Source: Candidatus Gastranaerophilales bacterium
Lineage (GTDB): Bacteria; Cyanobacteriota; Vampirovibrionia; Gastranaerophilales; Gastranaerophilaceae
Reading direction: 5' to 3'
Assembly: GCA_944324285.1 (NCBI GenBank)
Contig: CALUVR010000003.1
Coordinates: 1-64,000, forward strand
DNA length: 64,000 nt
Shown here: in pieces, positions 48,742 to 58,014 of the stretch
Layout of the letters: the number at the start of each line of letters is the position of its first letter
Numbering within the stretch: position 1 is the first letter of the stretch
The notes under the pieces: model-generated
What the model was told of the DNA's origin: nothing
The model's database searches: none
Seen by the model: the letters and a program-made list of their open reading frames with translations, nothing else
Translations under genes and position numbers: made by a program

Positions 48742-49491
48742 TTAACTTATTCTCTGGAACATATATCCGATACCGCGGGCTGTAAGAATTAATTCAGGGT
48801 TAGCCGGATCTGTTTCGAGTTTTGAACGTAATCTTGAAATATGTACGTCAACAACTCTTGTATCAATACGATGATCAGGCGGATAAGCCCAGACATGCTG
48901 CAGAATTTCGTTTCTTGAAAAAGCCTGACCTGAATTATTAACAAGGAGTTCCAATAAACTAAACTCCATGCCTGTCAGACGAATACGTTCATTCTTTCTG
49001 AATACCTGACGGCGTGCTGTATCAATTTTTATATTGCCAGTCGTGATAACGTTTTTGGTAACTTTTCCTGTCGGAGTAACCGTTTCTCTGTTATTAGTAC
49101 GTCTTAAAACAGCTTTTACTCGTGCTTCAAGTTCTTTTGGCGAGAACGGTTTAATTACGTAATCATCAGCACCGAGTTCAAGTCCAGTAATTCTTTCTGA
49201 TACATCACCGAGAGCTGTTAATATGATAATCGGAACATCTGCGGATCTTCTGATTTCTCTTGTAACCCCGTAACCGTCTAATTTTGGCATCATAACATCC
49301 AAAACAACCAAATCAGGATTGTATTTATTAAATGCATTAACGGCTTCTTCTCCGTCAGCAGCTGTTACAACATCATACCCTGCCATTTTAAGACGGGTTT
49401 CCAAAATCCTTCTGATACTTGCTTCATCATCAGCAAGCAAAATTCTTTGACGGTCTTCTGTATCATTAGGCATTTCAACGTTTTCTGTCAT
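48742..49491 (-). CDS. OmpR-family two-component response regulator (REC plus winged-helix)
   Basis: RILLADDEASIRRIL...DVMMPKLDGY receiver. C-terminal trans_reg_C (DTRVVDVHISRLRSKLE). Confidence 0.85.
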   Translation of the reverse strand: MTENVEMPNDTEDRQRILLADDEASIRRILETRLKMAGYDVVTAADGEEAVNAFNKYNPDLVVLDVMMPKLDGYGVTREIRRSADVPIIILTALGDVSERITGLELGADDYVIKPFSPKELEARVKAVLRRTNNRETVTPTGKVTKNVITTGNIKIDTARRQVFRKNERIRLTGMEFSLLELLVNNSGQAFSRNEILQHVWAYPPDHRIDTRVVDVHISRLRSKLETDPANPELILTARGIGYMFQRIS

Positions 49492-49607
49492 AGTCTTTTC
49501 CTTACTTAGTAATAATCTAACACCTTAATTAATATTACAAAATATTGATTTCTGTTAATATTTATAACGTTATATTAACCTAATTTTACAAAAATTGCAA
49601 GCACTTT

Positions 49608-50342
49608 TTATAACTTTTCTGAAATAATCTTTTTGAATTTTTCAAGATCTTCTTTAGTGTCAATTCCGACCGGAACGAAATCCACGACTGAAGTTTTAAT
49701 TCTCATACCGTTTTCAAGCGCGCGGAGTTGTTCAAGGCTTTCTGTGCGTTCCAGCGGAGTTTGCGGCAGAGAGGTCATTTTTATTAAGGCTTCTCTTTTG
49801 TAACCGTAAATGCCGAGATGTCCGTAGAAGGTTGTGATTCCTGTATTTCTTTCATAAGGGATTTTTGAGCGGGAGAAGTAGAGGGCATAGCAGTTGTTGT
49901 CTATTACACATTTTACAAGATTAGGGTTGTTTATCTCTTCTTCATTATTTAAAACTCTAATCAAAGTAGAAATATCAGCATTTTCGTCCTCTTGAACATT
50001 TCTTGCAACGTCGTCAATACTTTCCGGCTTAATAAGGGGTTCATCGCCTTGAAGGTTAACGATATAAGCGATTTCAGGGTGACGTTCAACAACTTCTCGT
50101 ATTCTGTCAGAGCCGCATTTGTGGTTAGTGGATGTCATTTCAACTTCTCCGCCAAATGCTTTTACTGCATTGAAAATTCTCTCATCATCAGTTGCCACAA
50201 TAACAATATCTGCAAGTTTTGCCTGTTTTGCTTTTTCGTAAACCCATTGGATGATAGGTTTTCCGTTAACTTCAATAAGCGGTTTTCCTTCTAGTCTGGA
50301 AGATCCGTAGCGTGCCGGTATAATTATTGCTGTTTTTCCCAT
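49608..50342 (-). CDS. kdsB: 3-deoxy-manno-octulosonate cytidylyltransferase (CMP-KDO synthetase); track ORF extended to 50441
   Basis: MGKTAIIIPARYGSSRLEGKPL start with an AGGAGAAAAA RBS, typical KdsB. Confidence 0.85.
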   Translation of the reverse strand: MGKTAIIIPARYGSSRLEGKPLIEVNGKPIIQWVYEKAKQAKLADIVIVATDDERIFNAVKAFGGEVEMTSTNHKCGSDRIREVVERHPEIAYIVNLQGDEPLIKPESIDDVARNVQEDENADISTLIRVLNNEEEINNPNLVKCVIDNNCYALYFSRSKIPYERNTGITTFYGHLGIYGYKREALIKMTSLPQTPLERTESLEQLRALENGMRIKTSVVDFVPVGIDTKEDLEKFKKIISEKL

Positions 50343-50391
50343 TTTTTCTCCTTTATATGATGAAAGCCGACAAACATGCGGCTTTGTTGAA

Positions 50392-51309
50392 TTATTTTTT
50401 GACAACGAGTGCAACCCACTGGTTCTGGTGCATTTCTTCAATAAGTTCCAGATTATGTTTTTTTATGGCGTCAAGGACTACCGGCTTTTTCTCGTCAAGA
50501 ATGCCTGAAAGCACCATATATGCATCGACTTTCATAATAGCTTTTAAATCCCCCATAATTTCAGCAAGAACGTTATGGAGAATATTTGCAAGTACAAAAT
50601 CGAATTGTCGGTTTACTTTGTCTGCGGTATTAAGTTCAAATTCGCAATCGGCATTGTTCTTAATTGTGTTTTCTTTTGCAACATCAATTACAGTTTCGTC
50701 ATTGTCGCATCCATAGGCGTAATTGGCGCCGAATTTTTTTGCACAAATTGCTAGAATTCCGGAGCCCATACCAATATCTGCAACATCAGCATTTTTAGGC
50801 ATATATTTTTCTATTGCTTTCATACAAAGCTGGGTTGTAGCATGGGTTCCTGTTCCAAATGCACAGCCAGGTTCAAGCTTTATAATCACTTCATCTTCGT
50901 GCTCCGGAGTGTATTCAATCCAGTCAGGGACAACCGTAATCCTGTCAGATACGTGTGTGACATCCCATTTCTCTTTCCATTTTTTAGACCAATCTTCGTT
51001 TTCTTTTTCAGAATAGACAAACTCCCAGCTTCCGAGTTCTTCATCTGAAAATCCGCGGGATTTTAAAAGTTCCCGCTGTTCTGAGAGAACCTTTTTAACA
51101 TGAGCTTCAGAAAGGGTTTCAGAATGGCTGTCCTGCGGATTTAAAAATACCCTTAGAGTTCCTTCGGTTGTCGAAATCATCTCTAAATCTTTGTAGGTTT
51201 CTTCTGCAAGTACAACCCCTTCGCACGGAAGATTTTCAAAACAGATGTCTGAAATAATATCTTCCATTTCGGGATTAATTTTTATTTGCAATTCATAATA
51301 TGATGACAT
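50392..51309 (-). CDS. prmA: ribosomal protein L11 methyltransferase
   Basis: VADIGMGSGILAI SAM motif. PrmA domain order. Confidence 0.8.
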   Translation of the reverse strand: MSSYYELQIKINPEMEDIISDICFENLPCEGVVLAEETYKDLEMISTTEGTLRVFLNPQDSHSETLSEAHVKKVLSEQRELLKSRGFSDEELGSWEFVYSEKENEDWSKKWKEKWDVTHVSDRITVVPDWIEYTPEHEDEVIIKLEPGCAFGTGTHATTQLCMKAIEKYMPKNADVADIGMGSGILAICAKKFGANYAYGCDNDETVIDVAKENTIKNNADCEFELNTADKVNRQFDFVLANILHNVLAEIMGDLKAIMKVDAYMVLSGILDEKKPVVLDAIKKHNLELIEEMHQNQWVALVVKK

Positions 51310-51312
51310 GAA

Positions 51313-52266
51313 TTACTCCAAGAACGCACCCATTTTGCGGAATTTGTCGTAACGTTTGCTTTTCAGTTCCTCAGATGAATATTTAGAAAGTTCATCAAGG
51401 CTTTCCAGAATAGTTTTCTTCATTTCAGCGCATACAAAATCGTAATCTTTATGCGCGCCGCCAACAGGTTCTTTTATTGCGCCATCAATAATATCAAATT
51501 TCATCAAATCCGGAGCCGTGATTTTCAATGCTTCTGCGGCGTCGCCTGCACGGGAAGCGTCACGCCAGAGAATTGATGCGCATCCTTCCGGTGAAATTAC
51601 CGTATAATAAGCGTGTTCAAGCAAGAAAACTTTATCAGCAACCGCAAGCCCCAATGCGCCGCCGGAGCATCCTTCACCTGTAATAATCGCAATAACCGGA
51701 ACATTAAGCTTTGCCATATCGCGGAGGTTAACAGCAATTGCACCGCCCTGACCGGTTTCTTCCGCACTTATACCCGGGTAAGCCCCCGGGGTATCAATAA
51801 GCGTAATTATCGGAATATTGAATTTGCTGGCATGTTTAAATAGCCTGAGGGCTTTTCTGTAGCCTTGCGGCTGTGGCATACCAAAGTTATATTCAAGGTT
51901 TTCTTTTGTTGATTTTCCTTTCATAGTTCCGATAATCATGACAGGTTTACCGTCAATTTTAGCTAAGCCGCCGATGATGGCTCTATCGTCCATGCCGGTT
52001 CTGTCGCCGTGAAGTTCTATGAAATCAGTACAAATGTGGCTTACATAATCCAGAAAGTTTGGTCTTTCAGGATGTCTTGCAATCTGCAATTTTTGAGCAG
52101 GTTTGAGATTTGCGTACAATTCTTTTTTGTAATCGTCAGCCTGCTGTTCAAATGTTTCAATTTCTTTATTTAAATCCATGCCGGACTCCGCACTTATTTT
52201 TTTTAATTCTTCAATTTTTTCCTGTATTTCCATAATAGGTTTTTCAAAATCCAATACTGTAGTCAT
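51313..52266 (-). CDS. accA: acetyl-CoA carboxylase carboxyltransferase subunit alpha
   Basis: Collinear AccA: RHPERPN...GGLAKIDGKPVMIIG...GCSGGALG. Confidence 0.9.
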   Translation of the reverse strand: MTTVLDFEKPIMEIQEKIEELKKISAESGMDLNKEIETFEQQADDYKKELYANLKPAQKLQIARHPERPNFLDYVSHICTDFIELHGDRTGMDDRAIIGGLAKIDGKPVMIIGTMKGKSTKENLEYNFGMPQPQGYRKALRLFKHASKFNIPIITLIDTPGAYPGISAEETGQGGAIAVNLRDMAKLNVPVIAIITGEGCSGGALGLAVADKVFLLEHAYYTVISPEGCASILWRDASRAGDAAEALKITAPDLMKFDIIDGAIKEPVGGAHKDYDFVCAEMKKTILESLDELSKYSSEELKSKRYDKFRKMGAFLE

Positions 52267-52295
52267 ATTGTATCCTTTTAAATAATCTCTTTTAC

Positions 52296-53162
52296 TTACA
52301 CTCCGTGCATTGATAACAGATTTGCCAGAGTTTTTCTTAAATCTTTACGTTTTGAAACCACGTCAACCTGACCGTATTTCAGGAGGTATTCAGCGGTTTG
52401 GAAGTCAGACGGGAGTTTTTGTCTGATTGTTTGTTCAATAACTCTTCTGCCTGCAAAACCTACTCTTGCACCTTGTTCTGCAACAATGATGTCACCGAGC
52501 ATCCCGAAACTTGCCGTTACTCCGCCGAATGTCGGTTCTGTTATGAGGTTTATATAAAGCAACCCTTCATCGTCAAGTCTTGAACATGCGCAGGATGTTT
52601 TTGCCATCTGCATTAAACTCAATGCGCTTTCCTGCATTCTTGCTCCGCCTGATGATGTGATTGCAAGAACAGGAAGCCGTTGTTCAATAGCCTTTTCAAT
52701 AATCCTTGTAACTTTTTCCCCGACAACGCTTCCCATAGAACCGCCCATAAAATCAAAATCCATTACCGCAGTTGCAACTTTGTGTCCTTCAATCTGTCCG
52801 ATACCTGTAACAACAGCATCGTTAAGGTTTGTCTTTTCCTGGGCTTTTGCAAGTCTGTTTTTGTAAGATTCAGTATCCACAAAGTTCAATGGGTCTGTCG
52901 GTTTAATTTCCGTGAAAAGTTCTTCAAACGAATTTTCGTCAAATAACTGTTTAATTCTTTTTCTTGCGTTTATTCTGAAATGGTAATCACACACAGGACA
53001 TACCATATCATTGTTTTCTAAATCTTCCTTTAAAAGCTGTGCATCACAGTGAACACATTTGGTCCATAAATCGGGATTTTGTTCAACCTCTGCACGCGCT
53101 TCCAATTCACGTCTTTTAATTTGAGCTTCTTTACGTTTTTCAAACCAATCTTGAATAGTCAT
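52296..53162 (-). CDS. accD: acetyl-CoA carboxylase carboxyltransferase subunit beta
   Basis: Zinc ribbon CVHCDAQ...CPVCDYH, then the carboxyltransferase domain. Confidence 0.9.
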   Translation of the reverse strand: MTIQDWFEKRKEAQIKRRELEARAEVEQNPDLWTKCVHCDAQLLKEDLENNDMVCPVCDYHFRINARKRIKQLFDENSFEELFTEIKPTDPLNFVDTESYKNRLAKAQEKTNLNDAVVTGIGQIEGHKVATAVMDFDFMGGSMGSVVGEKVTRIIEKAIEQRLPVLAITSSGGARMQESALSLMQMAKTSCACSRLDDEGLLYINLITEPTFGGVTASFGMLGDIIVAEQGARVGFAGRRVIEQTIRQKLPSDFQTAEYLLKYGQVDVVSKRKDLRKTLANLLSMHGV

Positions 53163-53229
53163 AATTATAATATCCCTAATAAATAATCTCTTATTACCAT
53201 ATTATTATACACAGAAAAAAGTTTAGTGC

Positions 53230-53780
53230 AAATGGTTAACATAAAAAGACGATAAGTGCAATTAAGTGAAGGGTGAAGAGTGAGGAGTGAGTTTAGTTGA
53301 CGGGTGAATGTTTTTTCTACCCCTCTCCCTGCGGGAGAGGGGTAGGGGTGAGGGGGCAATTTAGTTGAAGGGGTGAAGTGGTGACAAAAAGCCTCCCTTA
53401 ATAAGGGAGGTGGCACGTAAGTGCCGAAGGGTTTTCTCCAATAAATCCCCCCTTTACAAGGGGGGAAAAGTATCCTACCCTCTCCCGTAGGGAGAGGGTA
53501 TTGGTGAGGGGGCGGTTAAAAGTTACTAAAACTCTAAGAGGAAAATGTTACGTCATTCTGAGGGCGAAGCCCGAAAGAATTCAGCTCTTGAAAAAGTGAA
53601 GAGTGATGTGTGAAGCGTGAAGAAACTTATTATTGTTGAACTCCTCACTCCTAACCTTCACTACAAAAAAGACTGGATTGCTTCGGCTAACGACGCGCAA
53701 TGACGCTGCACGCCCTCTACTTTCAGAAGATGAACGATGAAAACAATTCCGCTTTGATGCAATTAACGTCATATTGTATT
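53230..53780. repeat. composite intergenic repeat region (inverted copy of the 17.9-18.6 kb repeat modules, plus three CCCTCTCCC-type hairpins, a GGCACGTAAGTGCC hairpin and a CCCCCCTTTACAAGGGGGG hairpin)
   Basis: The reverse complement of 53560-53700 aligns module-by-module with 17951-18095 (TAGCCGAAGCAAT..., heptamer run, ...GCCCTCAGAATGAC). The track ORFs 53165-53416 and 53581-53772 are translations of repeats. Confidence 0.75.
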
Positions 53781-53781
53781 T

Positions 53782-54231
53782 TTATTGTCTTTTAGCGGCT
53801 CTGTCCATTTCCCGTTTCTGGTCTTTTTTTGCTATGTCGTCGCGTTTATCATGCAGCTTTTTACCTTTCGCAAGTCCGATTTCAACCTTGGCAAAGCCTT
53901 TTATAATGTAAACTTCCAGTGGAACGATTGTGTAGCCGTCTTTTTTTACCTTAGAATGCATTTTGAGAATTTCTTTTTTTGTTAAAAGAAGTTTTCGTGT
54001 GCGTTCGGCTTTATGATTGAAACGGTTGCCCTGTTCATAAGGTGAAATGTGGCAGTTGTATAAAAATACTTCGTTATCTTCAATTTTACAGAAACTGTCT
54101 TTCAGGTTTATTGCGTTTTTGCGGACTGATTTTATTTCGGTTCCTGTCAGCACAATTCCTGCTTCATATTTTTCAAAAATATTGAAGTCGTGAAATGCTT
54201 TTCTGTTTGTCGTAATAACCTGTCGTTCCAT
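53782..54231 (-). CDS. smpB: SsrA-binding protein SmpB
   Basis: VITTNRKAFHDFNIFEKYEAGIVLTGTEIKSVR typical SmpB. Confidence 0.9.
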   Translation of the reverse strand: MERQVITTNRKAFHDFNIFEKYEAGIVLTGTEIKSVRKNAINLKDSFCKIEDNEVFLYNCHISPYEQGNRFNHKAERTRKLLLTKKEILKMHSKVKKDGYTIVPLEVYIIKGFAKVEIGLAKGKKLHDKRDDIAKKDQKREMDRAAKRQ

Positions 54232-54253
54232 AAGAAGATTATATCACAGAAAA

Positions 54254-55216
54254 TCAATCATTATATAAAAAACATTTTACAAAGTGAGTATCTGAAATTT
54301 CAGTATTTTTAGGAGATACATGAGCGCAGGTTCCAAAGCAGGCTGGACATCGTGTGTGGAATTTGCAGCCTTTCGGAAGGTCTGCTGGGGAAGGAAGTTC
54401 TCCTGTTAAAATAATTCTTTCGCTTTCTTTACCTGAAATTTGAGGAACCGCGCTTAAAAGAGCCTTAGTATAAGGATGTTTCGGTGAACTAAATATTTCA
54501 TCAGTTGTTCCTATTTCGACAATTTCACCTAAATACATAATGGCAACCCTGTCCGCAAGATACTTAATCACGCTCATATCGTGTGTTATGAGCATAAATG
54601 TAAGGTTATACTCCTCTTTTAATTCTTTTAAAAGATTGATAATTTGTGCTTGAATACTGACATCCAGAGCGCTCACAGGTTCATCTGCAAGTATAAATTC
54701 CGGATTTAAAACAAGCGCCCTTGCTATAGCAATTCTCTGACGCTGACCGCCCGAAAATTCGTGCGGATATAATTTAAGACAATCTTCATTAAGTCCGACT
54801 TTTTTTATTTTTTCTTTTATAATTTCTTCAATTTCTTTATCTGTAAAGTCTGTATTAATTTTAAGCGGTTCTTTTAGGGTATCACCTATCTTCATTTTAG
54901 GGTTTAAGCTTGAATACGGGTTTTGAAAAACCATCTGGGCAGTTTTACGAAAATTTTTTAAGGCTTTCTTATCCATAGATAAGACATTTTCTCCGTTAAA
55001 ATCTATTTCTCCGGATTTTGAATCTTCAAGCCTTATTATTGCTCTTGCAAGTGTGGATTTCCCGCAGCCTGATTCTCCTGCAACCGCAAGAATTTCTCCT
55101 TTTTTAATATCAAGACTAACCCCGTTCACGGCATGGATAATCTCTGTGCCGCCGATTATCCCTTTATTGGATTTGTATTCAACGTACAAATCTTTTATCT
55201 CCAATAAATTTTCCAT
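54254..55216 (-). CDS. ABC transporter ATP-binding protein, oligopeptide/dipeptide OppF/DppF type (no cognate permease adjacent)
   Basis: Walker A GESGCGKST, LSGGQRQR, Walker B. C-terminal oligopeptide-type extension with Cys (CPACFGTC). Confidence 0.8.
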   Translation of the reverse strand: MENLLEIKDLYVEYKSNKGIIGGTEIIHAVNGVSLDIKKGEILAVAGESGCGKSTLARAIIRLEDSKSGEIDFNGENVLSMDKKALKNFRKTAQMVFQNPYSSLNPKMKIGDTLKEPLKINTDFTDKEIEEIIKEKIKKVGLNEDCLKLYPHEFSGGQRQRIAIARALVLNPEFILADEPVSALDVSIQAQIINLLKELKEEYNLTFMLITHDMSVIKYLADRVAIMYLGEIVEIGTTDEIFSSPKHPYTKALLSAVPQISGKESERIILTGELPSPADLPKGCKFHTRCPACFGTCAHVSPKNTEISDTHFVKCFLYND

Positions 55217-55264
55217 AATGCAATTTTATAGTAATATTTTGCGAAAATCAATTATATATAGCGG

Positions 55265-55480
55265 CTAGTCTATATTTAAAAGTTCGTGAATTTTAAGCCC
55301 TAAAATGTTTGCGATTTTAAAAAGTATGTCAAGTGATGCTTTTTTCTCTCCCCGTTCGATTTCGCCGAGATAGTAATCGTTTATTCCTGCAAGCTCCGAA
55401 AATTTTTCTCTCGAAAGTTTTTGTGCGCGGCGGAGTTTGTAGATTTTTTTTCCAAGCTTTAAGTAAAAATCGTTTGACAT
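55265..55480 (-). CDS. XRE-family helix-turn-helix transcriptional regulator
   Basis: KLSREKFSELAGINDYYLGEIERGEKKASLDILFKIANILG HTH_3. Confidence 0.75.
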   Translation of the reverse strand: MSNDFYLKLGKKIYKLRRAQKLSREKFSELAGINDYYLGEIERGEKKASLDILFKIANILGLKIHELLNID

Positions 55481-55514
55481 TTGTTCATGGTATGCTATTA
55501 TATTTGTAAAATAA

Positions 55515-55531
55515 ATTGGCTATGAGCCAAT
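55515..55531. promoter_or_regulatory. operator-like palindrome ATTGGCT-ATG-AGCCAAT upstream of pilin-like paralog 3
   Basis: Perfect 7-bp arms, 13 nt upstream of a GAGGAGG RBS. Confidence 0.4.
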
Positions 55532-55544
55532 ATTGAGGAGGCAA

Positions 55545-56195
55545 ATGAATAAAGCATTCACGTTAGCGGAAGTGTTGATAACGCTTGGTATTATTGGTAT
55601 TGTGGCATCAATGACGCTGCCTGCTCTTATTAATAAAACAAAGGATAGAGAATTTAAAACCGCGTACAAGAAGGCATATAGCTCCTTTAGTCAGGCATTT
55701 TTATATATGCAGGCAGCAGGAGAGTATATGGATACTTCAAATGTTAATACAGACCCGTCTGGGTTACAGGTAAGTCCTAATATAGGTGAAAATTTTAAAA
55801 TAATATCAAGATATTTTAAAGCAACTAAGACGTGTTTTGACAAAAATGCAGATGACTGTTGGGCGTGTGCTGACGGGCAGGCTGGTGTTATTGGCGGCGG
55901 AGAACCCGCCTGGCTCGGGTGCCAAAAGTCAAGCTATGCATTTATTGATGCTTCCGGCATGGGATGGTATATGTATGCAAATAATGAATTCCCTGTTATC
56001 GTTGATGTAAACGGGATAAAGAAGCCTAATAGACTGGGAAAAGACAGGTTTGTGCTGATGTTTGCCTCAAGTCAGGATAAGAATAATCATTATGTTGAAA
56101 GCGCAGATATAATTATGCCTTGGGGAGATCACATTAATAAAGGGCGCTGGTGTCCTTCTGGAAATTGTCTTTATCAAACCTGGCTTCTTGAATAA
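55545..56195 (+). CDS. prepilin-type N-terminal cleavage/methylation domain protein (pilin-like paralog 3)
   Basis: MNKA|FTLAEVLITLGIIGIVASMTLPALINK with a GAGGAGG RBS. C-terminal VDVNGIKKPNRLGKDRFVLMF. Confidence 0.8.
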   Translation: MNKAFTLAEVLITLGIIGIVASMTLPALINKTKDREFKTAYKKAYSSFSQAFLYMQAAGEYMDTSNVNTDPSGLQVSPNIGENFKIISRYFKATKTCFDKNADDCWACADGQAGVIGGGEPAWLGCQKSSYAFIDASGMGWYMYANNEFPVIVDVNGIKKPNRLGKDRFVLMFASSQDKNNHYVESADIIMPWGDHINKGRWCPSGNCLYQTWLLE

Positions 56196-56200
56196 GATTT

Positions 56201-56797
56201 TTAAATCTCGCGTCTGCCTTCTATTGCTCGGGCAATTGTAATTTCATCCGCATACTCTAAATCAGCACCTACCGGAAGTCCGAAGGCAATTCGTGAAATT
56301 TTTATTCCGAAGGGTTTTATCAGTTTGCTTAAATAAAGGCTTGTGGCTTCTCCCTCCACAGAAGGACTGAGGGCAAGGATTACCTCTTTAACATTTTCAT
56401 CTGTCAAACGAGTTAAAAGTTCTTTTATCCTTATGTCATCCGCACCAATTCCGTCCATAGGAGATATTAAGCCCTGCAAAACATGATAGAGTCCCTTGTA
56501 TTCATTGGTTTTTTCAATAGCAATCAAATCTTTTGTTTCCGCCACAACACAAATCGTCGTACGGTCACGTTTCGGCGACTGGCAGATTTCGCACGGACTT
56601 GTTGAAGAAAGGTTAAAACAAATTTCGCATGTATGCGTGTTTTCCTTTGCTTCAACAATACTCTCGGCAAATTTTCTGACTTCCGATATTGGCATTCTGA
56701 GTAAATAAAACGCCATACGCTGCGCGGATTTTGGTCCTACCGATGGGAATTTCTGGAAGTGCTCTATTAAGGTCGCTATTGATTTCGGGTATATCAT
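56201..56797 (-). CDS. recR: recombination protein RecR
   Basis: HhH, Cys4 zinc finger CEICFNLSSTSPCEIC, Toprim. Confidence 0.9.
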   Translation of the reverse strand: MIYPKSIATLIEHFQKFPSVGPKSAQRMAFYLLRMPISEVRKFAESIVEAKENTHTCEICFNLSSTSPCEICQSPKRDRTTICVVAETKDLIAIEKTNEYKGLYHVLQGLISPMDGIGADDIRIKELLTRLTDENVKEVILALSPSVEGEATSLYLSKLIKPFGIKISRIAFGLPVGADLEYADEITIARAIEGRREI

Positions 56798-57114
56798 TAG
56801 AAGCCGAGACCCGGAATGTTTAACCCGCCTGTTGCCTGTTTCATTTTAGCTTCCATTTCTTTTGTGGCTTTTGCGCTTGCCTGATTAATTGCAACAGTAA
56901 TTACATCTTCCAATTCTTCTGCTGTTTCGCTGCTGATTGAAAGTGCAGAAGCATCTAATTTAATTGATTTAAATTTTCCCTGACCGTCGCAGGTAACTTT
57001 AACAGCACCGCCTGCTGCTTCACCTGTCAATTCCATTTTTGCAAGTTCTTCCTGTGAAGCTTTAAGTTTTGCCTGCACACTCTGAGCCTGTTTCATAATC
57101 TGCATAATATTCAT
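56797..57114 (-). CDS. ybaB: nucleoid-associated protein YbaB/EbfC
   Basis: MQIMKQAQSVQAKLKASQEELAKMELTGEAAGGAVKVT typical YbaB. 1-nt overlap with recR. Confidence 0.85.
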   Translation of the reverse strand: MNIMQIMKQAQSVQAKLKASQEELAKMELTGEAAGGAVKVTCDGQGKFKSIKLDASALSISSETAEELEDVITVAINQASAKATKEMEAKMKQATGGLNIPGLGF

Positions 57115-57225
57115 GGTCTATATATCCTCCTTAGTCTGTGTAGTCCGTATTAGGCTTTTTGCCATTGACGGCGCAAGATACCTTTATTTATTGCAGCGCC
57201 CTCTTTTTTATTATACAATAAAAAT

Positions 57226-58014
57226 ATGCAGAGTAAAACTTATGTTTCACAATCGTTAAAGAACGGACGTTTAATGAGGTGGACTTATATGCCTCTGAAG
57301 GTTTATGTCGCGCCTATGAAGTTTTACTCAAAGCAGGGCGAAGATTACAAATACCGCGGAATGGTGCGTAAAGCCTGCGAAGAATGGCAGACCGCAACTA
57401 AGGGTAAAGTGTCCTTTACTTTTGTAAAAACTTTGCTTGAGTCTAATGTTAACGTGGATTGGAAAAGGGTTGAAAGAAAAGCTCTCGGACATTGTTATTT
57501 CTCTTTTGACGGTGCTAACCGCCTCTATGGCGCCGAAGTCGCAATCGGGCTTACGGATGGGTATATTCACGGAGATTACGGGGACGAAAGCGAGGTCTAC
57601 CATACAATACTCCATGAAATCGGGCATGCAATAGGCTTAGGTCATAGTCCTTATAAAACTGATATTATGTATACTCCGCATCAAAAAGGTGTACATAGAG
57701 TTTCTGAAGGGGATGTTTTAACTGTAAATTGGCTTTACAGGCTTCCGCAGGGAGCAACGGTTGCTGATGTGGCATCTCAATATTCCATGGGCGGCTCTGA
57801 TATTGATGAAATTATTTTTAAGGTTATGAACCGCAACGCTCCGAGTGAATTTGAAAAGGTTAAAAGTGAGATTAAAATTCCAAAAAGAGATTTGCTGGAT
57901 GAGCAGGAGAATATTGCGCTTTTGAGAAAATATCACATGTCGCTTCAAAATGTGAAACTCTCTGAGGATATGAAGCAGTTCTTCCTCAAAAATAAAAGGG
58001 ACACCAAGAAATGA
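57226..58014 (+). CDS. putative zinc metalloprotease, metzincin-type (HExxHxxGxxH)
   Basis: HTILHEIGHAIGLGHSPY motif. No signal peptide seen. Confidence 0.55.
   Translation: MQSKTYVSQSLKNGRLMRWTYMPLKVYVAPMKFYSKQGEDYKYRGMVRKACEEWQTATKGKVSFTFVKTLLESNVNVDWKRVERKALGHCYFSFDGANRLYGAEVAIGLTDGYIHGDYGDESEVYHTILHEIGHAIGLGHSPYKTDIMYTPHQKGVHRVSEGDVLTVNWLYRLPQGATVADVASQYSMGGSDIDEIIFKVMNRNAPSEFEKVKSEIKIPKRDLLDEQENIALLRKYHMSLQNVKLSEDMKQFFLKNKRDTKK

Noticed and set aside
53165-53772. Two ORF-track CDSs (83 aa at 53165-53416 and 63 aa at 53581-53772) between accD and smpB
   Set aside because: Same reason: they are translations of the hairpin and heptamer repeat modules, with P/G/R-rich low-complexity strings.
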